Below are positions 9,110 through 16,746 of a DNA stretch of 57,139 bases, piece by piece. The stretch comes from a virus (lineage: Duplodnaviria > Caudoviricetes). Location of the stretch: IMG/VR virus record IMGVR_UViG_3300047554_000764, positions 1-57,139 of that record. The stretch is one strand, 5' to 3'. The notes under the pieces were generated by a model. That model did not search any database. It was not told the DNA's origin and saw only the letters and a list, made by a program, of their open reading frames with translations. Position 1 is the stretch's first letter. Every line of letters starts with the position of its first letter. The position numbers and the translations under genes were made by a program.

Positions 9110-9337
9110 TTACTCTGAAGTCTCAGCTCCACCTGGTCCGTCAGTATTGGTGTTTTCTGCATTATCAGGAGTCGTCATGTTTGCAATCATGATTGTTGCC
9201 TGAATACGTTTAGCTTCTTCAGTTACAGCCTTTGCTTGTAACTCCGCCAGCTCAGCGCGAAGAGAAGCAAGTTCAATCTGGCTTTTATACCAGGCAATGA
9301 CTTCTTCTCTGGTTGGTTCTTTTTCTGTTGTTGCCAT
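9110..9337 (-). CDS. Hypothetical protein
   Basis: 75 aa; first gene after the minus-strand promoter. Confidence 0.75.
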   Translation of the reverse strand: MATTEKEPTREEVIAWYKSQIELASLRAELAELQAKAVTEEAKRIQATIMIANMTTPDNAENTNTDGPGGAETSE

Positions 9338-9381
9338 GTTATTTGGTTTAAGATTTTATAGTTTCACATGAAACCTCAATA

Positions 9382-9413
9382 CAAATATACTTCAAAAGTT
9401 TAAATTCTGCAAA
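9382..9413 (-). promoter_or_regulatory. Bacteroidota housekeeping-sigma promoter (-33 TTTG, -7 TAnnTTTG)
   Basis: Minus strand TTTG-N20-TATATTTG, 44 nt upstream of the 9337 start. Confidence 0.7.
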
Positions 9414-9421
9414 TTTTTATT

Positions 9422-9429
9422 TACATTTG
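9422..9429 (+). promoter_or_regulatory. Bacteroidota -7 element of a divergent promoter
   Basis: TACATTTG upstream of the thioesterase ATG at 9456. Confidence 0.55.
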
Positions 9430-9455
9430 TGAAGTTTAAATCTTTTTTATTACTA

Positions 9456-9866
9456 ATGCAAGGCATGACGCTTATAACAACACACCCTATTAAGAAATCT
9501 GACTTAGGATTTCATGGCAACCTTTTTGGTGGAAAACTACTGGCTTGGATGGACGCTGCAGCTGCAGGATTTGCCATGGAAGTATGTGACACACCGCGTA
9601 TGGTTACAGTTCTTATAGATAAATGTGTCTTTAAAAAGCCAGCAAAAGAAGGTCAATTAGTCAAGATTTATGGTAAAGTCATGCATGTGGGTAATACATC
9701 AATTACACTTTATATGGAAGCCAGGGCTCATAATGTGTATAGTGGAACACAAACTGTTGTTCTTCATACAAATATGAGATTTGTGAGGATAGATGAAGCA
9801 GGTGATCCATTACCAATAGGAGAAAGAACCAAAAAACAATATCCAAATGGAGAAAGCAATCTTTAA
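9456..9866 (+). CDS. Acyl-CoA thioesterase (hotdog fold, YciA-like)
   Basis: DLGFHGNLFGGKLLAWMD, VTVLID..FKKP, VGNTSI, FVRIDEAG.P motifs. Confidence 0.88.
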   Translation: MQGMTLITTHPIKKSDLGFHGNLFGGKLLAWMDAAAAGFAMEVCDTPRMVTVLIDKCVFKKPAKEGQLVKIYGKVMHVGNTSITLYMEARAHNVYSGTQTVVLHTNMRFVRIDEAGDPLPIGERTKKQYPNGESNL

Positions 9867-10329
9867 ATTCAACGGTGGTCTGGGAGCCTTGTTGTGCTCT
9901 TCTTGTAGAACCATAATTAAAACTGGAGCAGATATGTCTCAGTTTGAAAAAGACGCGATGAAAGGCAAGCAAGTAATGCTTCCTAGATATTGCACAAAAT
10001 GTTTTGACAACCTTACAAAAGAATACACACAGTATCATCTTGTTAGAGTTAATGATGGTAAGATGTGGACAGCTGATCAACTTAAATGGGTCAAGTGGAA
10101 AAAGGATGGACGTTTTCACAAGCTTATGGCCAGACCAAACATTGGTTTATCTTGTATTGTAAATCCTCAGTATGGCGCTTCATTTACGTGGCTTACAACT
10201 ACAATAGAAAGTTTTGAAAGGATTTCTAAAAATGAGTTGCTTTTCAAGACCAAGAATTCAACATACATATTAAATAAAATTAAAGTCAAACTTTCTAAAG
10301 AAATAAAAGATGATCCATTCCAAGATTAA
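9847..10329 (+). CDS. Hypothetical protein with N-terminal Zn-finger-like segment
   Basis: FKFNGGLGALLCSSC...CTKC; C-terminal WLTT...FKTKNSTY. Confidence 0.7.
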   Translation: MEKAIFKFNGGLGALLCSSCRTIIKTGADMSQFEKDAMKGKQVMLPRYCTKCFDNLTKEYTQYHLVRVNDGKMWTADQLKWVKWKKDGRFHKLMARPNIGLSCIVNPQYGASFTWLTTTIESFERISKNELLFKTKNSTYILNKIKVKLSKEIKDDPFQD

Positions 10330-10576
10330 ACTATCATTGACAGGTATAGTTCAAGTTTATTTTGTTGCTGTCAACACATGCTTTTTAGCAAAAGAAATTT
10401 ATTTAGGTGTCATGTTCGCAGCATTTGCAATTTCCATGGTATGGTCTTATAACATAAAGAAGATTGTATTTGGTACTTTTTCTGATAGAGTATTCTATTC
10501 AATTGGTGCAACAATTGGAAGTTTACTTGGGTTATACACAAGTTCGTTTTTAATGAATTTTTTTAGTAACTTGTAG
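10310..10576 (+). CDS. Small membrane protein
   Basis: Three hydrophobic segments in 88 aa. Confidence 0.7.
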   Translation: MIHSKIKLSLTGIVQVYFVAVNTCFLAKEIYLGVMFAAFAISMVWSYNIKKIVFGTFSDRVFYSIGATIGSLLGLYTSSFLMNFFSNL

Positions 10577-10595
10577 TGTAACCAAAACTTAAAAT

Positions 10596-11243
10596 ATGAG
10601 AGAGCCTAACAGACCTAGGAAAAACGAAATCAAGTACAACATTGAACTTAACTCAGAACAAAAGGACGCAAAAAGGCTTATCATAGACAATCAAATTGTT
10701 ATCGTAACAGGAAGGGCAGGATCAGGAAAATCTTTGGTTTCTGCAATCACAGCATTAGACTTTTTATTCAAGAAGCAATGTGATAAAATCTATGTTACAC
10801 GTGCCACAATTGAAGTTGGTAATTCTTTAGGATTTTTACCTGGTTCTCTTGACGAGAAATTTAATCCTTATCTTGAAGCTTTCATGGAAAATCTTACTAA
10901 GTGTTATGACACTGTGAAGATTGGAGACATGATTAAAGACCAAAAGATTGTTGCTTATCCTGTACAGTTCATTAGAGGAAAAACAATTGACGATGTACTT
11001 GTTGTAGAAGAAGCACAAAACTTATCTAAAGCACAGATGTTGGCTATTCTGACAAGGCTGGGTAAACATGGTAAGATCATTATCAATGGTGACAATGAGC
11101 AAAAAGACATCAGAGATGAATACAACGGTCTTAGTTATGCTATTGAACTCAGTAAGAAGATTGATGAGATCAAATGGATCAAGCTCAAAGAGAATCACAG
11201 AAGCGATGTGGTTGGTAAAATATTAGATTACGAATATAATTAA
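10596..11243 (+). CDS. phoH: PhoH-like ATPase
   Basis: GRAGSGKS, LGFLPG, RGKTI, EEAQN, LTRLG, GDNEQKD, HRS motifs. Confidence 0.93.
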   Translation: MREPNRPRKNEIKYNIELNSEQKDAKRLIIDNQIVIVTGRAGSGKSLVSAITALDFLFKKQCDKIYVTRATIEVGNSLGFLPGSLDEKFNPYLEAFMENLTKCYDTVKIGDMIKDQKIVAYPVQFIRGKTIDDVLVVEEAQNLSKAQMLAILTRLGKHGKIIINGDNEQKDIRDEYNGLSYAIELSKKIDEIKWIKLKENHRSDVVGKILDYEYN

Positions 11244-11249
11244 AGCACT

Positions 11250-11453
11250 ATGTATATAAATAATCAATTTGAACTTGGCACAATCATCTATCTAAAGACA
11301 GACCTAGAGCAATTGCCAAGAATAATCACAGGTATTCAAGTATGCGCTGATGGTGGCATGCTATACAAATGTGCTCAAGGTCAGGACGTAGATTGGCACT
11401 ATGAAGTAGAACTATCTGATCACCCAGACATACTCCTTAAAACTTCTAACTAA
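11250..11453 (+). CDS. Hypothetical protein
   Basis: 67 aa; ends at a terminator. Confidence 0.7.
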   Translation: MYINNQFELGTIIYLKTDLEQLPRIITGIQVCADGGMLYKCAQGQDVDWHYEVELSDHPDILLKTSN

Positions 11454-11485
11454 AAAGAAACCCAGGCTTTTGACCTGGGTTTTTT
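11452..11485. terminator. Bidirectional intrinsic terminator
   Basis: A-tract, AAACCCAGG-loop-CCTGGGTTT, T-tract, between convergent genes. Confidence 0.85.
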
Positions 11486-11504
11486 ATTGGGTGTATTTTT
11501 TCTT

Positions 11505-11906
11505 TTAGTCTAATGTCAAGATCAACCATGCAGATGCGATCTTTCCAATGTAACTTTTTACAAGATGCAACTCGTTATTCACAAGCTTAAACTCTCCAAT
11601 GTGAGAGGCAACCTTGTTTACACTTTCTAATAACGTTTTTGCGGTAAGGCGTTCTCCAGTATACACCCATCCAATAACAACCTCATGATTCCAAGGACTG
11701 TCATTGTCAATTGTAAACTGAAGCTTCCATGAATCTACATCTGCAAACTCAGTGTAGTTTTCATTTGTGTAGGCTGTTGATAATAAAACGTTAAGTTCTT
11801 TTGCAGGAATAACAGGTACTGTCTTTCCACCTCTAGGTTTTGCTCCTTGAATAGGACTGCCTAATACAGGCTTGCCATTTTTTGTGAATGCATAATAATT
11901 TGCCAT
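11505..11906 (-). CDS. Hypothetical protein
   Basis: 133 aa, isolated minus-strand gene with TATATTGTAT upstream. Confidence 0.75.
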   Translation of the reverse strand: MANYYAFTKNGKPVLGSPIQGAKPRGGKTVPVIPAKELNVLLSTAYTNENYTEFADVDSWKLQFTIDNDSPWNHEVVIGWVYTGERLTAKTLLESVNKVASHIGEFKLVNNELHLVKSYIGKIASAWLILTLD

Positions 11907-12110
11907 AGTAGTATATTGTTTAAGTTGAATGATCTATAATACAATATACAATTTAAAGCTCACATTTGTCACAATTATAGATCATATTTGTGACAAAATG
12001 AATTATAAAGGGTTTGCGCTTGAGCTATAACTGTGGCTACTGGAACTAGCCCCCTACTGTGTGTTAGAGAGGGTGTACCCCCTGCCCACACCATCCCCCG
12101 CCACACAACG

Positions 12111-12127
12111 CAACACCTATACCCCCA
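12111..12127 (+). promoter_or_regulatory. Repeated early-cassette motif, copy 1
   Basis: CAACACCTATACCCCCA, 27 nt before ATG 12155. Confidence 0.55.
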
Positions 12128-12154
12128 GGAGAACCAGCACAAAAAAGTTAGCTT

Positions 12155-12256
12155 ATGTATCATTGGTATTTAATTTCTGGACATCAAGTACTTGCTAAGT
12201 CTCTGCGTGAAGCATACAAATACTTCATGGAGTACTGCAAGGAAGACAGACACTGA
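12155..12256 (+). CDS. 33-aa micro-protein (not in track)
   Basis: MYHWYLISGHQVLAKSLREAYKYFMEYCKEDRH; motif upstream and hairpin at 12281-12311 downstream. Confidence 0.55.
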   Translation: MYHWYLISGHQVLAKSLREAYKYFMEYCKEDRH

Positions 12257-12338
12257 GAAGTGTCACCAGAGCAGAACCTGACACAGAGATGTTCTAAGAA
12301 TGTCTCTGTGTTTATTATGTATATAAGCCTCAAGTACG

Positions 12339-12355
12339 CAACAACTTAACCCCTT
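12339..12355 (+). promoter_or_regulatory. Repeated early-cassette motif, copy 2
   Basis: CAACAACTTAACCCCTT, 36 nt before ATG 12392. Confidence 0.55.
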
Positions 12356-12391
12356 AACATATCAATTATTAATCCTCTTAAATTAAAAATC

Positions 12392-12619
12392 ATGAGACAT
12401 CTTAAAAGAATGGTACTACCTGTACAAATCATTGCTTTATTCACATTGCCAATGATTATGATTACAATCATCACAGCTACATTAGCTACATGCTTGTCAT
12501 TATTAACGCCTTTGACGTTTACAGACGTCACGTCATCTACGCCTATGTGGGTGTTTAATTTCTTCAGTGGAATTGCATTCTTCATTGCAGTAGGTCAATG
12601 GATGTGGGAAGAGAAATAA
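12392..12619 (+). CDS. Small two-TM membrane protein
   Basis: 75 aa with two hydrophobic helices. Confidence 0.7.
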   Translation: MRHLKRMVLPVQIIALFTLPMIMITIITATLATCLSLLTPLTFTDVTSSTPMWVFNFFSGIAFFIAVGQWMWEEK

Positions 12620-12634
12620 TCTTCCTGCATCCTT

Positions 12635-12651
12635 CAACAACTTAAATCCTT
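12635..12651 (+). promoter_or_regulatory. Repeated early-cassette motif, copy 3
   Basis: CAACAACTTAAATCCTT, 33 nt before ATG 12685. Confidence 0.55.
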
Positions 12652-12684
12652 TAATAAATCAATAACAATTTAAAATCAAAAATC

Positions 12685-13176
12685 ATGAACAAAGTACAAA
12701 TCAAACCAACAGAAACAGGAGCTTTAATCTCTACTTACAAGAACAATCCAGCTTACGGCTATGTAACTCTTCAGTCTGAAGAAATGAGCGTTGAAGGTGG
12801 CTGGGTACGCAACTCAGTACGCACAGCTTTACTACGTGCTGAAACTGCATTACTTGAAAAGTTCGTTCAAGCTTATGGTAAATCTGGCGCTATACCTGGA
12901 CGCATTGTTGTACGTGAATTTGCTGAGTCTCAATTGCCTGAGAACTTCCAATCACGCTTAAACAAGAACCTTGAGTATGAAGATGCTATTGCACCTTTCA
13001 TCAAGCGTGCTGGTAAAGACGGCATTGAGCTAACTCTTGGTGGTGAGCGTATCTTGCGCTTTACTGACTTTGATGCATCTGGCGCTGAGCAAGACATCCG
13101 TGTTGCACATGATAACGTTACTGCTGTAGCTGAGTCTCGCAACGTAAATGCTAATAGCGCTGCATTTCCTGCATAA
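12685..13176 (+). CDS. Hypothetical protein, paralog A
   Basis: 163 aa; shares YGYV.LQ, GGW.R, YEDAIAP..KRAG.DGIELT.GGERILRFT..DASG, HDNVTAV with 13379..13870. Confidence 0.88.
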   Translation: MNKVQIKPTETGALISTYKNNPAYGYVTLQSEEMSVEGGWVRNSVRTALLRAETALLEKFVQAYGKSGAIPGRIVVREFAESQLPENFQSRLNKNLEYEDAIAPFIKRAGKDGIELTLGGERILRFTDFDASGAEQDIRVAHDNVTAVAESRNVNANSAAFPA

Positions 13177-13187
13177 CTAAACCAAAG

Positions 13188-13226
13188 ACTGCTGGCTGGG
13201 GATAATCTCCTCAGCCACAGTTTTTT
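13188..13226 (+). terminator. Intrinsic terminator
   Basis: TGGCTGGGG/CCTCAGCCA hairpin followed by T6. Confidence 0.8.
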
Positions 13227-13326
13227 CCAAATAAACAAGTTGGGGAGGTTATAAAACACGTACACAAAATGAACAAGTACAGTTTTTTCTCAACCTTTCT
13301 AACACCTGAATTATCCCTTTCTACAA

Positions 13327-13343
13327 CAACACCTAAACCCCCA
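13327..13343 (+). promoter_or_regulatory. Repeated early-cassette motif, copy 4
   Basis: CAACACCTAAACCCCCA (1 mismatch to copy 1), 35 nt before ATG 13379. Confidence 0.6.
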
Positions 13344-13378
13344 AATCAATTTAGTATTAACAATTAAAAATTTGAATT

Positions 13379-13870
13379 ATGTCTCAAGTACAAATCGTTC
13401 CTAACTCAAAGACAGGTAGTGTGATTACTGCCTATCAGAACAACGCTGAATATGGTTATGTTCAGCTTCAACAAACTGCAATCACTGTTGACGGTGGTTG
13501 GATTAGAGAGAGCAAGCGCTCTACTCTATTGCGCGCAAAAATGGACTTGTTAACCAAGTTTGTTAGCGCTCACAAAAGTCTTCAATTGCCAGGTGCAATT
13601 GTAGTAAAAGAATATCTTGAGTCTGAAGTGCCTGAAGATATTGCTGCAAAGTTCTTCAACAAAGAATTAAGTTATGAAGATGCAATTGCTCCTTACGTGA
13701 AACGTGCAGGTGCAGATGGTATTGAATTAACTTATGGTGGAGAACGCATTTTGCGCTTCACAAGTTACGATGCAAGTGGTACTGACACTGATGTTAAAGT
13801 GTCTCACGACAATGTAACTGCTGTAGTAGAGAGTAAAGTACAATCTACTAGCAGCGCAATGCTTGGATAA
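13379..13870 (+). CDS. Hypothetical protein, paralog B
   Basis: 163 aa tandem paralog of 12685..13176. Confidence 0.88.
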   Translation: MSQVQIVPNSKTGSVITAYQNNAEYGYVQLQQTAITVDGGWIRESKRSTLLRAKMDLLTKFVSAHKSLQLPGAIVVKEYLESEVPEDIAAKFFNKELSYEDAIAPYVKRAGADGIELTYGGERILRFTSYDASGTDTDVKVSHDNVTAVVESKVQSTSSAMLG

Positions 13871-13879
13871 ATGATCTAA

Positions 13880-13926
13880 TTGTAGTTGATACAGGGTGAA
13901 ATTCCCTGTATCTTCTGCAGTTTTTT
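13880..13926 (+). terminator. Intrinsic terminator
   Basis: GATACAGGG/CCCTGTATC hairpin with basal stem and T6. Confidence 0.8.
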
Positions 13927-14135
13927 CTCAAGCATAAGGGATAAACAAAGGTGTTTAATGACAAACAATCAAGATCAAAACAAATCTGCAAAGATAACTG
14001 CTTGATTAATAATTAATTGTGTGCGAGAGAGTGGATGACAGATCCACCTCTCCACATATATTAGTCCAAAAAAATTCTCAGAAAGTGTCCTCAGATGTGA
14101 CACTAGATAGCTATAATCCTTAAATACACGTGATT

Positions 14136-14258
14136 ATGTCAAAGTCAGAAAAGATTAAAGTTGGCACTGTTGTGCTATTCATTGTTATTGTCATAGGATT
14201 AGTTATATACAACTCTATAGTGTATGGTATAGCTAGATATCCTTATGATGGTATGTAA
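14136..14258 (+). CDS. 40-aa single-TM micro-protein (not in track)
   Basis: MSKSEKIKVGTVVLFIVIVIGLVIYNSIVYGIARYPYDGM. Confidence 0.6.
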   Translation: MSKSEKIKVGTVVLFIVIVIGLVIYNSIVYGIARYPYDGM

Positions 14259-14345
14259 GCTTATTACTCTCTATAGTAGTTTCTTTATCTCTTCCTATAG
14301 TATAAGAGCATCCGCAATCTGTATAAACCCCAAAATCAGTATAAT

Positions 14346-14498
14346 ATGAAAAAGTTAGTTGCCCTATTCACCCTAGCAGTTCTTATTACTTCTTGTCGTG
14401 GTACAAAGTATGTGACCTGTGATGCATATAAAACTCATTACCCTAAACTTAAAGCTGAAAAGCATAAACACCATAATCTTTGTGATGCATATAACTAA
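14346..14498 (+). CDS. 50-aa lipoprotein with two CDAY repeats (not in track)
   Basis: MKKLVALFTLAVLITS-C lipobox signal; mature part CRGTKYVTCDAYKTHYPKLKAEKHKHHNLCDAYN. Confidence 0.7.
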   Translation: MKKLVALFTLAVLITSCRGTKYVTCDAYKTHYPKLKAEKHKHHNLCDAYN

Positions 14499-14934
14499 AC
14501 TTACAATTGAACTTGTTCCTAAGACTTCTTGGTATAGTAATGTAAGGTCCAATGTCTCTAAAGCTGAGTGGGACCGTATACGCAAGAAGTCTTATGAGAA
14601 CGCTAATCACGTTTGTGAAGTATGTGGTGACGTTGGTACTAACCAAGGTTACAGACATAAACTAGAATGCCATGAGATTTGGCATTATGATGATGAAGCA
14701 CTTACTCAAACTCTAACAGGTCTTATTAGTCTTTGTCCTTATTGTCATTTAGTCAAGCATCCAGGATTAGCTCAAATGAATGGTAAGTTGGGTATAGTAC
14801 TTAAACAACTTCAAAGAGTCAACCAAATCTCTGTTGAAGAAGCAGGTGCTATGCTTAATGAAGCATTTGAAATATGGAGAAATCGTTCCAAAAACAACTA
14901 TACTCTTGACATATCCTTTTTAGATAACTATTAA
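14485..14934 (+). CDS. HNH-family endonuclease (likely start 14485)
   Basis: IELVP..W..NVR, W..IR, CEVCG, LECHEIW, LCPYCHLVKH. Confidence 0.85.
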   Translation: MHITKLTIELVPKTSWYSNVRSNVSKAEWDRIRKKSYENANHVCEVCGDVGTNQGYRHKLECHEIWHYDDEALTQTLTGLISLCPYCHLVKHPGLAQMNGKLGIVLKQLQRVNQISVEEAGAMLNEAFEIWRNRSKNNYTLDISFLDNY

Positions 14935-14944
14935 AACTTAAAGT

Positions 14945-15115
14945 ATGGAAGCAATGAGTTCTTTCCCTATTCAGGTAACTATGCCTGATGGTCAAGTACA
15001 CAAACAATCTGTTTATGCTTGTACCAAGTGGCACGCTATTGAGCTTCTATACTCAAGAATGTGTCAGTACCAAAATGACCGTTCTAAGTATATATTTGTA
15101 CGTAGAAAGAAATGA
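14945..15115 (+). CDS. 56-aa hypothetical protein (not in track)
   Basis: MEAMSSFPIQVTMPDGQVHKQSVYACTKWHAIELLYSRMCQYQNDRSKYIFVRRKK fills the gap before tRNA-Leu. Confidence 0.6.
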   Translation: MEAMSSFPIQVTMPDGQVHKQSVYACTKWHAIELLYSRMCQYQNDRSKYIFVRRKK

Positions 15116-15119
15116 TCCA

Positions 15120-15205
15120 GCCTCAGTGGTGAAATAGGTAGACACGAGGGACTTAAAATCCCTTGACCAGTGATGGTCGTGCAGGTTCAATTCCTGTCTG
15201 AGGTA
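15120..15205 (+). tRNA. tRNA-Leu (TAA)
   Basis: GCCTCAG...AGGGA-CTTAAAA-TCCCT, long variable arm GACCA/TGGTC, GCAGG-TTCAATT-CCTGT, CTGAGGT-A. Confidence 0.95.
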
Positions 15206-15225
15206 CAAATTTTGTGCTGATGGAA

Positions 15226-15438
15226 TAATCATATTGGTAAGTAGAGAATGATTTTTAAGAGGATTAGTGTCTCTCTTTTAAAGAACACGCGCATTTGATC
15301 TGGTTAGTATCAAGGAGTGTCGCCAATGTGATTAAGTAAAAGACTCTGTTTCAGGTAATGAAAAGATCCCTTGGGAACAGAGCAAACCCAATCCAGCCTG
15401 TGAGAAATAGAATAAAACGTCTATTGTCTTGCAGGCTG
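15226..15438 (+). ncRNA. Candidate three-domain structured RNA downstream of tRNA-Leu
   Basis: TAATCATATTGGT/GCCAATGTGATTA, CTCTGTTTCAGG/CCTTGGGAACAGAG and CAGCCTGTGAGA/TCTTGCAGGCTG stems; no ORF in track. Confidence 0.5.
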
Positions 15439-15478
15439 TAAATATATTCACTAATTGTTTCACAAAAATTCTCAGAAC

Positions 15479-16042
15479 ATGATTTACAAATTTAACAAGA
15501 CTTCACTCAAGTTTGAGTCAATCTTTTTCAAAGCAAGTGGTTTCATAGTATGTGCAATTGTATTTGCTGCAATAAGCTCTTACATCTATGGCCATCACAA
15601 AGGTTATGTGGACCATGCTAATGGTGCTACATCTCCAGAAGAACGAATGATTATTATCAGAGAGAATGATAAATTCTCTGAAGAAAAGTTCAAAGAGTAT
15701 CTCTTACAACTGAACATTAGGTTTCCTCACATAGTATATGCTCAAGCAGTACTTGAAACAGGAAACTTTGCATCAAAGATTTTCAAGTCAAACAATAACC
15801 TATTTGGAATGAAAGAGGCAAAAGTACGTGCAACAACAAACCTGGGAACAGATTTGGGACATGCAATGTATGGTCATTGGCGTGAAAGCGTTGTTGATTA
15901 TGCTTTATTCCAATGTGCATTTTTGACAAAAATCAAGACTGAAGAAGGCTATTATGAATATTTAAAAGAAAACTATGCAGAATCACCCAATTATGTTTCA
16001 AAAGTTAAAGAACTGGCTAAAGACTTCAAGAGAGGAATTTAG
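15479..16042 (+). CDS. GH73 glucosaminidase-domain peptidoglycan hydrolase with N-terminal TM anchor
   Basis: AQAVLETG, NNLFGMK, YAESPNY motifs; hydrophobic GFIVCAIVFAAISSYIYG. Confidence 0.88.
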   Translation: MIYKFNKTSLKFESIFFKASGFIVCAIVFAAISSYIYGHHKGYVDHANGATSPEERMIIIRENDKFSEEKFKEYLLQLNIRFPHIVYAQAVLETGNFASKIFKSNNNLFGMKEAKVRATTNLGTDLGHAMYGHWRESVVDYALFQCAFLTKIKTEEGYYEYLKENYAESPNYVSKVKELAKDFKRGI

Positions 16043-16310
16043 TCAAATCTTACAAAGTGTAAAAGACATGGACAAAGTTCCAATGCCAAAGTATAAAGTT
16101 TTGGTTATGAACAGAATCTCAAGAGAGTTCAAGACAAATGAGTTTTTTTCTATGAAAGAAGCTATGTCTGCTGTGTCACCTCAGTATTTATATGACACAG
16201 AAAATGAGTATTTCTTGATGGACCTTCAGAATCCCAAACATGGAATGATTAAACTAAATAAATTAGAAACCCATGGGAAGAATGAAAGAAGTATTCATGC
16301 TCAAGCGTGA
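15975..16310 (+). CDS. Hypothetical protein
   Basis: 111 aa ORF in operon; start uncertain. Confidence 0.6.
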   Translation: MQNHPIMFQKLKNWLKTSREEFSQILQSVKDMDKVPMPKYKVLVMNRISREFKTNEFFSMKEAMSAVSPQYLYDTENEYFLMDLQNPKHGMIKLNKLETHGKNERSIHAQA

Positions 16311-16464
16311 GCAAGAATCCATTGAAAATGAACATCTTGATGATGCCTACTGGTATCAGAGATATCTTGATGAAAAGCAGTATGCTGAATTAGAACAAAA
16401 AGAAGTTGTACAAGAATCTGTACAACAGAACGTACAAAAACCACAAAACACAAACGAAAAATGA
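16273..16464 (+). CDS. Hypothetical protein
   Basis: 63 aa, MGRMKEVF start. Confidence 0.7.
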   Translation: MGRMKEVFMLKREQESIENEHLDDAYWYQRYLDEKQYAELEQKEVVQESVQQNVQKPQNTNEK

Positions 16465-16664
16465 GTTTATTTTTAATTATCTATCTGCTTTTATCATATG
16501 CAGGAGGAATCATCATTACAATTATGGAATTGACAAATCAGCGTTATTTAACAGTAGGTGATTTGTTAATGTTGATTCTTGCTCCTTTTGCTATGTTACC
16601 AATTATCATGGTTCAATTACTATCACATCTTATTGATATTGATGAACCAATAATCAAACTTTAA
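16461..16664 (+). CDS. Small membrane protein
   Basis: Two hydrophobic helices; ATGA overlap with the previous gene. Confidence 0.7.
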   Translation: MSLFLIIYLLLSYAGGIIITIMELTNQRYLTVGDLLMLILAPFAMLPIIMVQLLSHLIDIDEPIIKL

Positions 16665-16665
16665 C

Positions 16666-16699
16666 AAGTAAGGGTTGATCTTGCATTAACCCTTACTTT
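16666..16699 (+). terminator. Hairpin/terminator
   Basis: AAGTAAGGGTTGAT/ATTAACCCTTACTT inverted repeat. Confidence 0.65.
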
Positions 16700-16746
16700 A
16701 TGACAATTTTAACGCGAAAGCGTTTGCTTCTTAAAACCTCTTAATA

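Noticed and set aside
11975-12163. Track ORF across the GC-rich switch region
   Set aside because: Atypical composition; overlaps the inverted repeat and the early motif; more likely non-coding
12111-13343. CRISPR array interpretation of the repeated 17-mer
   Set aside because: Copies are degenerate, hundreds of bp apart and separated by genes
14419-14484. 5' extension of the HNH ORF
   Set aside because: Arises from the duplicated TGTGATGCATATAA and overlaps the lipoprotein gene
15217-15345. Hammerhead or theta (HDV-like) ribozyme after tRNA-Leu
   Set aside because: CTGATGGA is not followed by a stem II-GAAA core, and I could not build the nested double pseudoknot by eye
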